Virus record (IMG/VR): IMGVR_UViG_3300037316_000015 | Coordinates: 1-57,979 of that record | Reading direction: 5' to 3' (one strand) | Source of the DNA: a virus | Taxonomy: Duplodnaviria; Caudoviricetes | Length of the DNA stretch: 57,979 nt | Part shown: positions 8,972-17,218 of the stretch, piece by piece | How the letters are laid out: each line of letters starts with the position of its first letter | How positions within the stretch are numbered: the first letter of the stretch is position 1 | Made by a program: the position numbers and the translations under genes | Notes under the pieces: generated by a model | Database searches by the model: none | Told to the model about the DNA's origin: nothing | Seen by the model: the letters and a program-made list of their open reading frames with translations, nothing else

Positions 8972-9705
8972 AGCGCAAGGTCTTCGCTGAGGACCGACTG
9001 GCACCATTGGCCATGGCATTGCGTGACCTGCTCGGTGAGCTGCGTTCATCGGCACCACAAGCGATCACCGAGCCTCAGATGAACGGGCTCAACAAGGACA
9101 TGAAAGAGGCAATCTTCAATGTTGAAGCAACCGGTGACATGGCTCCACTGCATGCTGTACTGGCCAGAGTGGAGACCGGCGCCAAGGCTGCCGGTGATGC
9201 GGGTAAGCCTGTTCTCAACGGTGTTCAGTGGATGCGCGACGACCTAGCAGGGCACCGCCCGGTGAAGAACACTGGTGAGGGTGCACCTGTCGCCCCGCAG
9301 GCACCTGCGGGTCCTCCTGCCAAGTACAGGGCACCGCAGGCCCCATTTATCTCACCGCGGGCCATACGAGAAAAGAACCGGCCTCCGCGGCGCGACATCT
9401 CTGACACTGAGCTCTACCGGCTGGCCAGCGAGCAGAGAGCACGCAAGGTCAACAGACCACGACGGATGCTCAGTCCTGCCAAGCTGGCCGGCGGTCATGG
9501 TATCCAGCTGCACTACGACGACTTCGGATCTGACGATGGTCAGTACCCTGACGTGCAGCGTGATGACATGACTGGCCAGAGTGCTGCTGAGGCTGAGCTG
9601 CCAACGGTGACCAGGAGAACACTGGTTCGTACCGGGACCAGAGCCAACGTTGGTCCATTTGGTCGCAAGGCACCTCTGCGTCGCCGCAGGAAGACCGACG
9701 CATGA
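8803..9705 (+). CDS. -1 frameshift extension of the 1131-aa protein (or independent 287-aa ORF from GTG 8842)
   Basis: The -1 frame opens after TGA 8785-8787; slippery C_CCA_AAA at 8803-8809; ATGA-coupled to the next gene. Confidence 0.65.
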   Translation, partial: PKSAGPSAGGSQPVVPAGSRGSGVQVSVPGPASVDSGGSGGNVQPVGSARLPGTGVERKVFAEDRLAPLAMALRDLLGELRSSAPQAITEPQMNGLNKDMKEAIFNVEATGDMAPLHAVLARVETGAKAAGDAGKPVLNGVQWMRDDLAGHRPVKNTGEGAPVAPQAPAGPPAKYRAPQAPFISPRAIREKNRPPRRDISDTELYRLASEQRARKVNRPRRMLSPAKLAGGHGIQLHYDDFGSDDGQYPDVQRDDMTGQSAAEAELPTVTRRTLVRTGTRANVGPFGRKAPLRRRRKTDA

Positions 9706-12593
9706 CCACCAGATGGTGGGCGCCGACTCGAGCAACGGTGGATCCTGACCAGGTGGTGCTGGCTCTGCTGCAACCAAGTGGTCACGCCAGCGGTGACCTT
9801 GGTGCTACCCTGCTGGCAGTCCACCGGGCCGGGGCGGCAGCAGCCGAGACTGTGTCCAAGTCAGCGGTACCCAGTGAGGTGTCCCTGGTGACGACACTTG
9901 CAGATAACAGGTCCAGACTTGCAGATCTTGTGGTCGACTCGGCTTCTGCCTCAATGGACGCCACCTACGCCGGGCTGTTCGTGCGTGACTTCTTCGATCA
10001 GGCTGAAGAGTCGGTCCTGGCCTCGTACCGGACCATGGTTGCCAAGGGGGTTAGCCCACCACTGGCAGTCAACCGTGCAGCGGCCGTGTACGGTGTCGCC
10101 TCCAGCGGGCTTGGCAAGTACTTGGCAATGGCCTCTGATCCCAAGGCCAACCCGATCGCGCTCACTGATGCTGCCGATCGTGCTCTGCTGGAGTATGTCT
10201 CCAAGATGGTCGGTATCGAGGCAGAGGACACCAAGGAGCCAGTGTCCAAGGCCGAGCCATTGCTGACAGCTCAGGACCAGTGGGACGCGCAAGAGCACCC
10301 ACGAGATGCAGTAGGCCGGTTCGCTGACCTGACCGGTGAGCGCGAGGGGTACCAGGAGCAGGTCACTGAGGTAGACCCAACAGAGTTGGCGATGTTTCGC
10401 TCCATGATGGGTCTTGGCGGCCAGGCTGCACCTGATGTTGGCTCTACCCCAGCAGCACGTAGAGCAGCGCGTGTAGCCCGGGTACGCCGTGCAAATGCAC
10501 TGGTAAAGCCACAGGCTTCTCTGGTGGCTACGAAGCAGGAGTCAGCACAACTAGTTAGTCCCAAGCTGACTTCTGCCCGCTTGAGTAGCGCTGCACTGCG
10601 TAGTGCCACCTTGAAGGCAAGCGCCATCGTTGACCTGGTACAGCCACCAGTGCCAGAGGCAGCAGGCCATGATGACTCGGCCATGGCTATGTACAGCGAT
10701 GAGTCCAGGGAAGGGTTCAAGGAGCTGACTCGTAACATCGAGGTCTATCTGCCGTTTGCAGATGGTCAAGACCTGCGTGGCCAGATGCCTGGAACATCCA
10801 AGCAGAAGGTTCTGCGTCTAGGTCATCTGCTTGACGCTGCGTACAACCACTACAACATCAATGACCCTACGGATCCTGATGCTAATCCTGAGGCCAAGGA
10901 CGCATTCGGCATGGTTGCCAGCACCGAGAAGCTCACTGAGTACGGGGATGACAACGGCGGAAAGTATGGACCTGCAGCCTCAGAGATCACAGAAGATGAG
11001 TATGTTAAAGCTGAACATGAAGGGATGAGTAGGGACAAGTACGTGAAGGAGCTGATCAAGAAAGAAGGAATGGTCGGTGGGGAGCGCAATCCCAAAGAGG
11101 AACCACACGTCCACTTCGCGATAGATCACTCTGACCGCCGTAGCCACGTGCTGGTGCACGTTCAGGACGATCCAATCAGTACTGCTCTCAAGCCGAACAA
11201 CAAGGTCAGGCCAAAGCCGACAGTGGTGCAGTTCACGCTTCCCAAGGTGGTCGCTCGAGTAGATGACGAGCCTGGCCGACACTTCGAGCAACTGACGTTA
11301 GATAAGAACCAGGCCTACCTCAGCGCTGATCTGATTCGTATGTATGACATGGATGAAGAAGTCTTCGTCAATGAATACTTGCTCACCCCGATCAGTGACG
11401 AGGAAGCTGCAGCAATCCAGAAGAAGAGTGGGTTGAGCAAAGCCCTGGACACCATGGAACGAACCAGCTTCGACCAGATGCATCCACGCTCAGAGGATGG
11501 CGAGTTCCGCAGTATCGCAACCAGAGCTCGTCTGGTGCCTACTGCTCCATCTGACATTGGCCGGCGCTGGTCAACACTGGAGCGTTCTGATGAGTCGTTG
11601 AAGGCGCCACTGACAGAGGATCGTGCCAAGCGCCGGGCCAGTCGTGTCAGCAGGGTAAACAGAGTTCAGCAGATGGCTACTCAGTCTCAAGCGCCAATAG
11701 CTTTTGATACTAAAGTCAACCTGACCTCTGCACCGCTAGGCAGCGCCAGGTTGAGCAGTCCAAGGTTGACATCGGCTCAGCTGCAGGCTTCCAAGCTCAG
11801 CGAGATTCTGAGGGACCCGATTGACGACACCAAGATGGTGCTTGATGACAACCATGTCTATCGGGTGATGAACCACGACGAGTTCACCAAGCTGGTCAAG
11901 AAGCACACAGTCAGTGGTGGCATCGCTGGTATTGGCAGCAGCTCGTTGAAGACAACGTTCCTTCACCCTGAAGGCAAGAGCCAGATTCTGTCTCTTAGCG
12001 AGTACGGTCCTGACGAAGTCATGCGGCACATGAACAACACCACCGAGGAACTGGCTGGTGGCAAAGCCGGCCAGTATATGAAGCAGCTGTTTAAGCACAC
12101 GGTACGCAGTGATACCTCAGAGCATGAGTACGAAGACCTCGAGGCGCTTCGCCAGAAGATCGACGCTGAGCTGAGCAAGCGGCCGAATATGGCTTATGCG
12201 ACTGCCGATCCTGAGCCGCCAGAGATGGACTACGGCAGCTCTGGTGTTGGCCAGGATTTGATGGATGACGTGAACCCGATGGATGCACCACAGGCTGCTG
12301 GTGAGTCAGTGACATGGGTTGTGCACGGCAGTACCAGACCAGTTGCTCCGTTGTACCTCATCGAGATGGACCCTTGGAACGGGTGGCCAGATCCTGACGC
12401 TGACCTGACGTTCCTGGGCGATTACAAGGGCCGGGACATCACCTACAAACGACCTGATGATCCGCGTAGCCCTGTTCGAGCAGATGAGCTTAGCTCGTCT
12501 GTTGTGAGCAATGCCATGATCAAGGTCTACAAGGCTGAGTTCAGCCGATATGTGTTCAACCCTGTCAACGAAGATGAGCTGCCGAGGAGCTGA
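9702..12593 (+). CDS. Large putative internal head polyprotein with two duplicated modules
   Basis: 963 aa; VSKA...HPRDAVGRF and LSKA...HPRSEDGEF, each followed by an Arg-rich helix and LxSxx pentapeptide repeats. Confidence 0.7.
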   Translation: MTTRWWAPTRATVDPDQVVLALLQPSGHASGDLGATLLAVHRAGAAAAETVSKSAVPSEVSLVTTLADNRSRLADLVVDSASASMDATYAGLFVRDFFDQAEESVLASYRTMVAKGVSPPLAVNRAAAVYGVASSGLGKYLAMASDPKANPIALTDAADRALLEYVSKMVGIEAEDTKEPVSKAEPLLTAQDQWDAQEHPRDAVGRFADLTGEREGYQEQVTEVDPTELAMFRSMMGLGGQAAPDVGSTPAARRAARVARVRRANALVKPQASLVATKQESAQLVSPKLTSARLSSAALRSATLKASAIVDLVQPPVPEAAGHDDSAMAMYSDESREGFKELTRNIEVYLPFADGQDLRGQMPGTSKQKVLRLGHLLDAAYNHYNINDPTDPDANPEAKDAFGMVASTEKLTEYGDDNGGKYGPAASEITEDEYVKAEHEGMSRDKYVKELIKKEGMVGGERNPKEEPHVHFAIDHSDRRSHVLVHVQDDPISTALKPNNKVRPKPTVVQFTLPKVVARVDDEPGRHFEQLTLDKNQAYLSADLIRMYDMDEEVFVNEYLLTPISDEEAAAIQKKSGLSKALDTMERTSFDQMHPRSEDGEFRSIATRARLVPTAPSDIGRRWSTLERSDESLKAPLTEDRAKRRASRVSRVNRVQQMATQSQAPIAFDTKVNLTSAPLGSARLSSPRLTSAQLQASKLSEILRDPIDDTKMVLDDNHVYRVMNHDEFTKLVKKHTVSGGIAGIGSSSLKTTFLHPEGKSQILSLSEYGPDEVMRHMNNTTEELAGGKAGQYMKQLFKHTVRSDTSEHEYEDLEALRQKIDAELSKRPNMAYATADPEPPEMDYGSSGVGQDLMDDVNPMDAPQAAGESVTWVVHGSTRPVAPLYLIEMDPWNGWPDPDADLTFLGDYKGRDITYKRPDDPRSPVRADELSSSVVSNAMIKVYKAEFSRYVFNPVNEDELPRS

Positions 12594-13690
12594 TGAGCGT
12601 GCCTAACGCTAGCTTGGTACCGACCAGTGGCAGGATGACCCACATGGCAGCCCGATCGGACATCGTTCGTGCCGGGGCAACCCCGGAGTTCGTCACCTTG
12701 TGCAAGACGCTCTACGGTGACCTGATTGACCCTGACGAGATCTGGCACGAGGTGTTCAAGTCCAGCCCTGACCAGGCTGACGTGCATGCCAACACCGGGA
12801 TGTCGACCAAGCAGAAGATTGTCCGCGGGGCGTCTCTGATCGGTACTGCTGCTGGTGCCATCGTGGCCGGCAAGGAACTGGTCAAGGCCCCCGGTGTAGC
12901 CCGCAGGATTCTGCCAGGGCTAGCCCTTGGTGCTGATGGTCTGGCTGGTGGCATCCAGTACAACGACGCTCGCAAGCAGGCAGCACTGGTGCCAACAGGT
13001 AGCCAAGTCGGCAAGAGCGGGTCCACGCCTGCTGGTGACACCATCCCGCCACTGAAGGATGTGGTCACCGGGGCTCTGAAGCAGACCAAGAAGATCGTCG
13101 GGCAGCTGCAGCCCACTGGTGCCGGTGCCACTGTGCCGGCGGCACCGATGGCTTTGGCCGGGCCCAAGAAGCTAGCACCGACACCGCTTGGCAACCAGAG
13201 CTCGGAGTTCTCTGGCGGCAAGAGCGCCGATGACATCGAGTGGTCTGGGACGTTCTCCAAGTTCGACGACGACAAGCACCTGGCCTTCGGCTGGGCCTCG
13301 GTGTCCAAGGTCAACGGTCAGCCGGTGGTCGACGCACAGGGTGACTACATCGACCCGAACGACCTGGAGGATGCGGCATACGAGTACATGCTCAGTTCTC
13401 GGATCGGCGGGGCCATGCACCAAAGGGATGCCTGGGACCGGCCGGTGAAGGTAGCCGACATCGTGGAGTCGATGGTCTTTACCGACGACAAGGTCTCCAA
13501 GATGGGTCTGCCCGATGACTTCAACCGGGGCTGGTGGATCGGAATGAAGATCCACGACGAGAACGAATGGACCTCGGTGCGCAAGGGCCAGGACGGTACC
13601 GGCTTCGGTCGTTGCGGCTTCTCCATCCACGGCAATGGCGTCCGCAAGGACCAGGACATTGATGAGCTGATGGGATACGCGTATGCCTGA
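12593..13690 (+). CDS. Prohead protease, XkdF/Peptidase S78_2-like, with N-terminal extension
   Basis: FSKFDDDKHLAFGWASV, VVDAQGD, LEDAAYEY, AMH, VES, GWWIGMKI, W..VRKG and GFSIHG motifs. Confidence 0.85.
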   Translation: MSVPNASLVPTSGRMTHMAARSDIVRAGATPEFVTLCKTLYGDLIDPDEIWHEVFKSSPDQADVHANTGMSTKQKIVRGASLIGTAAGAIVAGKELVKAPGVARRILPGLALGADGLAGGIQYNDARKQAALVPTGSQVGKSGSTPAGDTIPPLKDVVTGALKQTKKIVGQLQPTGAGATVPAAPMALAGPKKLAPTPLGNQSSEFSGGKSADDIEWSGTFSKFDDDKHLAFGWASVSKVNGQPVVDAQGDYIDPNDLEDAAYEYMLSSRIGGAMHQRDAWDRPVKVADIVESMVFTDDKVSKMGLPDDFNRGWWIGMKIHDENEWTSVRKGQDGTGFGRCGFSIHGNGVRKDQDIDELMGYAYA

Positions 13691-14114
13691 GATGCGTAAC
13701 AGGGTGTTCGCCAAGTCCCTGTACAGCCGTGACCGACACACGTCCGGCACACGTCTGCTGCGAACTGGGGCCGGGCTGGCGCTCGGTGCCTGGGGCATCA
13801 GCCACTCGCCTATGGTTGGGAACGCACTGGCGCGTGGGGTGCGGGCTGCATCAGAGCACCAGAGCCAGGCAGCCATCGACGCAATGCAGGTTGCTCGTTC
13901 TGCCTACGGTGCCATGGCCCGGGGGACCGCTCGAGGAGAACGTCAGGTACGTCAGATCCAGGCAGTGAACCGGTCAGTCGACAAGGTTCCTGTCGCTATT
14001 CGTCCGGCTGTGGCCACCAGTGCTGGCATGCTTCTTCTTGGCGGTGCTTTTCCGGTCCGGCGGACGAGCTACCACCCCGTCAACATCCGCATTCGTACAG
14101 GGGTGAACCGATGA
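13683..14114 (+). CDS. Basic membrane-helix putative virion protein
   Basis: 143 aa; FAKS near the N-terminus; two hydrophobic helices. Confidence 0.65.
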   Translation: MPEMRNRVFAKSLYSRDRHTSGTRLLRTGAGLALGAWGISHSPMVGNALARGVRAASEHQSQAAIDAMQVARSAYGAMARGTARGERQVRQIQAVNRSVDKVPVAIRPAVATSAGMLLLGGAFPVRRTSYHPVNIRIRTGVNR

Positions 14115-14671
14115 GTGGACTCGTCAACGGCGGTCACGGCCGGCGCATCACCGAGGAACCGATCGTCTTCTCCAAGTCCCAGGTGCCAGCTGACACCAAG
14201 CCGAAGTGGACCCACAAGGACACGGCAGCAGTAGCAGGTCTCGGCGCAGTTATGGTCGGATCAGCAGCTGGTGGTGCCATGGTCGGACGAAAGGTGGTCA
14301 ACGCCGCCAGTCGAGCTCGCTTGGTGAAACTTCACAACAAGTCTGTTGTCCACAAAGCCCAGCGCTACTACGACCCCGAGCACCGTCGCCAGCGTCGGTT
14401 CGGGATGACTGAGACAGCACTGGCCATTGGCGGTGGTGCTCTGGCTGCTCATGGCATAGCCGGCAAGGTAGGCATGCGTGCTACGACCAAGATTGCCAGG
14501 CAATCTGTGGAAGAGTCGACCAAAGCCAAGCATGGCCTCGATGTCAGTTCCAAGCTGCTGGCCACCAGTCGTCGCAGTGCTGCCGAGACAGCCGGCGGTG
14601 CAGGCTTGGTAGCCGGTGCCAGTGGCTTGCACTACCACGGCAACCACTCACGCGGGAAGTCCTGGAGGTAA
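14111..14671 (+). CDS. Basic Gly/Ala-rich putative virion protein
   Basis: 186 aa; FSKS and VHKA sites; three GA-rich helices. Confidence 0.65.
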   Translation: MSGLVNGGHGRRITEEPIVFSKSQVPADTKPKWTHKDTAAVAGLGAVMVGSAAGGAMVGRKVVNAASRARLVKLHNKSVVHKAQRYYDPEHRRQRRFGMTETALAIGGGALAAHGIAGKVGMRATTKIARQSVEESTKAKHGLDVSSKLLATSRRSAAETAGGAGLVAGASGLHYHGNHSRGKSWR

Positions 14672-14673
14672 CC

Positions 14674-15519
14674 ATGGCCAAGCCAAAACGCAAGTACCGC
14701 GGCGGTGGTGCCAACTCTGCTCAGTGGGCTAGCAATGAGGTAGCCAAGCCGCGCCGGCCGATTGCACAAGCGCACAAGACACCAGTTGCAGCACCAGTAC
14801 ACACGGCGCCAATAGCACAACCGGCGTACCACGGACTGCCGGATGACGATGCGTCGGTAGCTGCCAGGTTCAGAGCCAATCCAGCTTTGGAAAGAGCACA
14901 TCACGCATCGCCGGTCAAGCACACCAGTTTCTCTGGCACTCGTGCTGGCAAGATCACTAATGGTGTCGCTCTTGGCGGAGCTTTGGCTGGAACTGGGTAT
15001 CTCATTCACCGGCATCGCAAAGCTGCTCGTGCAACCATGGCAATCGAGGCAAGGAAGAAGGCGGAAATGTCGAAGTCTCTGATCAACCCGTTCGAGGAAG
15101 TGGTGGTCTTCGGCAAGGCCTATCCGGTCGCATTGCCGGTGGCACATTCCACCAAGATCCGGGCACTTGTTCCCACAGGTGCTCACGTGGGCCATGGCAA
15201 CAAGCTTGTCGTTGTCCATGGCGGTGGCCCGAAGATCACCCGTCAGCAGTTGCAGACCTATCACGGCCACGGCCGAGGTCTTAGTGAAGGGCCGTTCGGG
15301 AAGTCCCTGTTCCCTTTTGACGGAGCCCAGTCCTCCCCATCAGCAGGCAGTGGGGGCGGTCTGGGCGACTCAACGAACAGTGCTACTTCGCCGGGAAAGC
15401 CCGGGGAGCCGAAGAAACCATTGAAGCCAACGGCTGTCAAAGGCCCGACTTCACCAAGACGAAGCATCCCCAATTCCAACATTCCGGATGCGTCCAGCAA
15501 GGGTTCCCGTATCGCCTAA
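14674..15519 (+). CDS. Basic putative virion protein
   Basis: GGAGG SD; 281 aa; MSKS, FGKA and FGKS sites; one hydrophobic helix. Confidence 0.65.
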   Translation: MAKPKRKYRGGGANSAQWASNEVAKPRRPIAQAHKTPVAAPVHTAPIAQPAYHGLPDDDASVAARFRANPALERAHHASPVKHTSFSGTRAGKITNGVALGGALAGTGYLIHRHRKAARATMAIEARKKAEMSKSLINPFEEVVVFGKAYPVALPVAHSTKIRALVPTGAHVGHGNKLVVVHGGGPKITRQQLQTYHGHGRGLSEGPFGKSLFPFDGAQSSPSAGSGGGLGDSTNSATSPGKPGEPKKPLKPTAVKGPTSPRRSIPNSNIPDASSKGSRIA

Positions 15520-15569
15520 CGGCGTGTCGGTGACTAGATTGACAGACGAGCACTCAAAATGAGGTCAAC

Positions 15570-16784
15570 ATGGGACAGAAGATCAAGCGCCTCTCAGGCC
15601 TCGAGATTGACGAGGTTTCCCTTGTCAACCGCCCAGCGAACCAGCACGGTATCGTTGCGATCGCAAAAAGTCAGGAGAACGTGATGGGCATCCAGGACGC
15701 AGAAGGCAACGAGGTCGAGCTTGACGAGCTGGAGATCGGTGACTACGTCTACGACGACAACGGCACCGAGTACCAGTGGGTCGACACTGGCGGCGACGAT
15801 GGCCAGAACGACGACGGCCAGGGCTACGACGATGGCCAGGGTGTCGACGACGGCTACGATGACGGGTATGGCGAAGTCGGCAAGGCTGGCTCCGCACTGG
15901 CAACGACTCGTTTCGGTAGCAGGACGGCTGCTCGGGTCAGTGGGGTCGCCAGAGCAGCCGGTCAGCGCAACGCAGCTCGTGGCCGTGAGGCTGGAGAGCG
16001 TCTTGGGCGCCGTGGCCGGAGTGCTGGCACCAGGGCTGGTATGACTGCACGTTCTGCTGGCACCAGTGCTCGCAGCGTTGGTGATTCTGCCAAGTTGCAT
16101 GGCATGTATGCGGCTGACGCAGGTCGTGGCGCAGCAGGCAACGCTTACGGCGCAGCGCGTTCCAGTGCCGCTGGCCAGCATGTGATGCAGCACCAGGGCG
16201 CCTACCGTGCCGGTGCTGGCGGCGCAGCTGCTGTCGGTGGCTTCGGTGCAGGCCGCGGTCGACGTGGTTCGGTCAGTCACTCGATGGGTGACGAGGTGCT
16301 GGAGTCACTGTCCAAGTCCTTCAACGACGATGACCGCAACGAGGTCATCGCCAAGGCCATGGACTACGTGCAGTCTGTGTCCGAGCGCAACGAGCAGCTG
16401 GAACAGGTTGTGTCCGACATCGTGCAAGACCGTGATGTCGAGGGGTACTTCGAGCTCGCCAAGAGCTACGACCTTCCAGTGGATCCAGAGCAGATCGCCG
16501 GCATCATGTATCGGGCATCCCAGACGATGCCTGACGAAGATGTGGCGACCATGGACCGGCTTTTCTCCTCGATGGGAGAGGTCAACAAGGCCTACTACGA
16601 CGAGATCGGCTACAGCGGTGACGGCTTCCAAGGCGACGCCCTGTCCCAGATCTACGCTGCAGCCGGCGGGGTCGTGGCCAAGTCCGACTCCGGTCTTACC
16701 CAGGAGCAGGCTGTGACGGCACTGTTCGACGCCAATCCCGCTGCGTACGACGAGTACGAAGCCGAACAGCGCAACTACCGCTGA
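15570..16784 (+). CDS. Scaffolding protein carrying an N-terminal protease-type EVSLVNRPAN strand
   Basis: Position before decoration and capsid genes; acidic helical C-terminus ending EQAVTALFDANPAAYDEY; many x-x-K-S/A sites. Confidence 0.75.
   Translation: MGQKIKRLSGLEIDEVSLVNRPANQHGIVAIAKSQENVMGIQDAEGNEVELDELEIGDYVYDDNGTEYQWVDTGGDDGQNDDGQGYDDGQGVDDGYDDGYGEVGKAGSALATTRFGSRTAARVSGVARAAGQRNAARGREAGERLGRRGRSAGTRAGMTARSAGTSARSVGDSAKLHGMYAADAGRGAAGNAYGAARSSAAGQHVMQHQGAYRAGAGGAAAVGGFGAGRGRRGSVSHSMGDEVLESLSKSFNDDDRNEVIAKAMDYVQSVSERNEQLEQVVSDIVQDRDVEGYFELAKSYDLPVDPEQIAGIMYRASQTMPDEDVATMDRLFSSMGEVNKAYYDEIGYSGDGFQGDALSQIYAAAGGVVAKSDSGLTQEQAVTALFDANPAAYDEYEAEQRNYR
15795..15869 (+). repeat. Coding tandem repeat DDG(Q/Y)
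   Basis: Five gacga(c/t)gg-type units encoding DDGQNDDGQGYDDGQGVDDGYDDGY. Confidence 0.8.
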
Positions 16785-16795
16785 GGAGACATGCA

Positions 16796-17194
16796 ATGGC
16801 CTACGAAGAGACTCTGAAGTCGATCAGCCTGGACGTTGACTCGTCCCTCGGCTTCTACACCGGCGTGCCTGGCCTGCCGGGGTCTACGGACCCGAACTAC
16901 GGCAAGCAGTACTGCTTCGTCAAGATCGTCGATGACCACAAGGTCGGGCTGGCGGTTGCCGCCACTGACCTGGTCATCGGAGTACTGCAGAACAAGCCCC
17001 AGGTCCCGGGTCAGGCAGGCACCATCGGCTTCTTCGGTGTCTCCAACATCATGGTCGCTGGTGCTGTCACCGCTGGTGATCTGCTTGCCCCAGATGGCGA
17101 GGGACACGCCGTCACCGACGCTGTCCACGGCAAGTGGGTAGCCCTGCTCGACGCAACCACTGCCGGTGAACTCGTGCCGGCACTTCGGGTCTGA
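16796..17194 (+). CDS. Capsid decoration/cement protein (DUF2190-like)
   Basis: GAGGAG SD; IGVLQNKP and AGAVTAGD...DGEGHAV; directly before the major capsid gene. Confidence 0.75.
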   Translation: MAYEETLKSISLDVDSSLGFYTGVPGLPGSTDPNYGKQYCFVKIVDDHKVGLAVAATDLVIGVLQNKPQVPGQAGTIGFFGVSNIMVAGAVTAGDLLAPDGEGHAVTDAVHGKWVALLDATTAGELVPALRV

Positions 17195-17218
17195 AAGCCT
17201 GAGAAAGGATAATCAGCC

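Noticed and set aside
15539-15560. TTGACA with CAAAAT before the scaffold gene
   Set aside because: Spacer is only 10 nt, so not a canonical promoter, although a late promoter here is possible.
15664-15670. A-run in GCA AAA AGT as a frameshift site
   Set aside because: Only five A's, not an X_XXY_YYZ heptamer, and no useful alternative frame.
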